Below, piece by piece: positions 63,749-64,000 of a stretch of 64,000 bases of DNA. Below the pieces are notes generated by a model, which saw only the letters and a list, made by a program, of their open reading frames with translations, ran no database searches and was not told where the DNA came from. The stretch is from a virus. Taxonomy: Duplodnaviria; Heunggongvirae; Uroviricota; Caudoviricetes. A program made the position numbers and the translations under genes. The stretch's first letter is position 1; each line of letters starts with the position of its first letter. The DNA lies in the IMG/VR virus record IMGVR_UViG_3300038443_000757, positions 20,614 to 84,613 of that record; one strand, 5' to 3'.

Positions 63749-63991
63749 TTAGATTACTGGCTTTTGTTCGTCCTCTGTTTCTACTGGAATATCACCAGTT
63801 GTAGTAGTATTTGAACTGTTGCCAGAAATAATAGTTTTAATTCCATTGACAGCGGTAACTCCGCCTACAGTGTACACAAGTCCTTCTGCTAAAGTTAAAA
63901 GATTTCCATTTATATCTCCAAGCAAGAAACAAGAAACAAGACAAGCTGTAACAACAGCAATCAAACAAATAACAAGTGCTGAAACTCTCAT
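63749..63991 (-). CDS. holin-like small membrane protein (N-terminus may extend past window end)
   Basis: Hydrophobic N-terminal helix. Lies just upstream of the endolysin. Frame remains open to nt 64000. Confidence 0.4.
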   Translation of the reverse strand: MRVSALVICLIAVVTACLVSCFLLGDINGNLLTLAEGLVYTVGGVTAVNGIKTIISGNSSNTTTTGDIPVETEDEQKPVI

Positions 63992-64000
63992 TTCATCAAC

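Noticed and set aside
1-64000. tRNA, rRNA or CRISPR arrays
   Set aside because: No cloverleaf-compatible 70-90 nt GC-rich islands, no rRNA-like conserved blocks, and no regularly spaced direct repeats were seen. The repeated elements found are promoter and leader motifs at irregular spacing.

Overview
AT-rich (about one-third GC by eye) 64-kb segment that reads as the early/middle region of a large virulent dsDNA phage of a low-GC Gram-positive (Firmicutes-type) host. About 120 tightly packed plus-strand genes (1-59.9 kb) have AGGAGG-type RBSs, sigma-A-like TTGACA-17-TATAAT promoters and hairpin-plus-T-run terminators. From ~59.9 kb to the window end a convergent minus-strand block carries a beta-helix tailspike, an amidase endolysin and a holin-like gene. 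The recognisable content is DNA/nucleotide metabolism and replication: class I RNR alpha/beta with thioredoxin, dUTPase, ThyA, DHFR, GMP kinase, a deoxynucleotidase, a dNK-like protein, SSB, a DnaB-like helicase, a DnaG-like primase, a RecJ-like exonuclease, RNase H, RusA, and a DnaE-type polymerase split by a putative group I intron carrying a LAGLIDADG homing endonuclease. There are also freestanding HNH and GIY-YIG endonucleases. Several accessory modules stand out. One is a three-gene RNA heal-and-seal cassette: an Rnl2-like RNA ligase, a Pol-beta nucleotidyltransferase, and a P-loop kinase fused to an HD phosphohydrolase. Another is an NAD+ salvage cassette (NadV, NMNAT, Nudix). The rest are an S-adenosylmethionine decarboxylase, a SpoVK/CbbX-type AAA+ ATPase, a YqeY-domain protein, an SPFH protein, a ClpP-like protease and an ACP-like protein. 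Non-coding structure is rich: a family of promoters sharing the spacer block TGTAAGAATAAATG, a thrice-repeated 19-mer TAAATGTAAGATAAAATAA, a conserved translation-initiation box GGGAGATGTTRAAATG, a conserved leader motif upstream of the SSB and ATPase genes, an RBS-sequestering hairpin, and promoter-embedded palindromes. A small FKVGD N-terminal module recurs in at least seven proteins. No rRNA, tRNA or CRISPR arrays were seen. All homology calls come from motif recognition by eye, not database searches.
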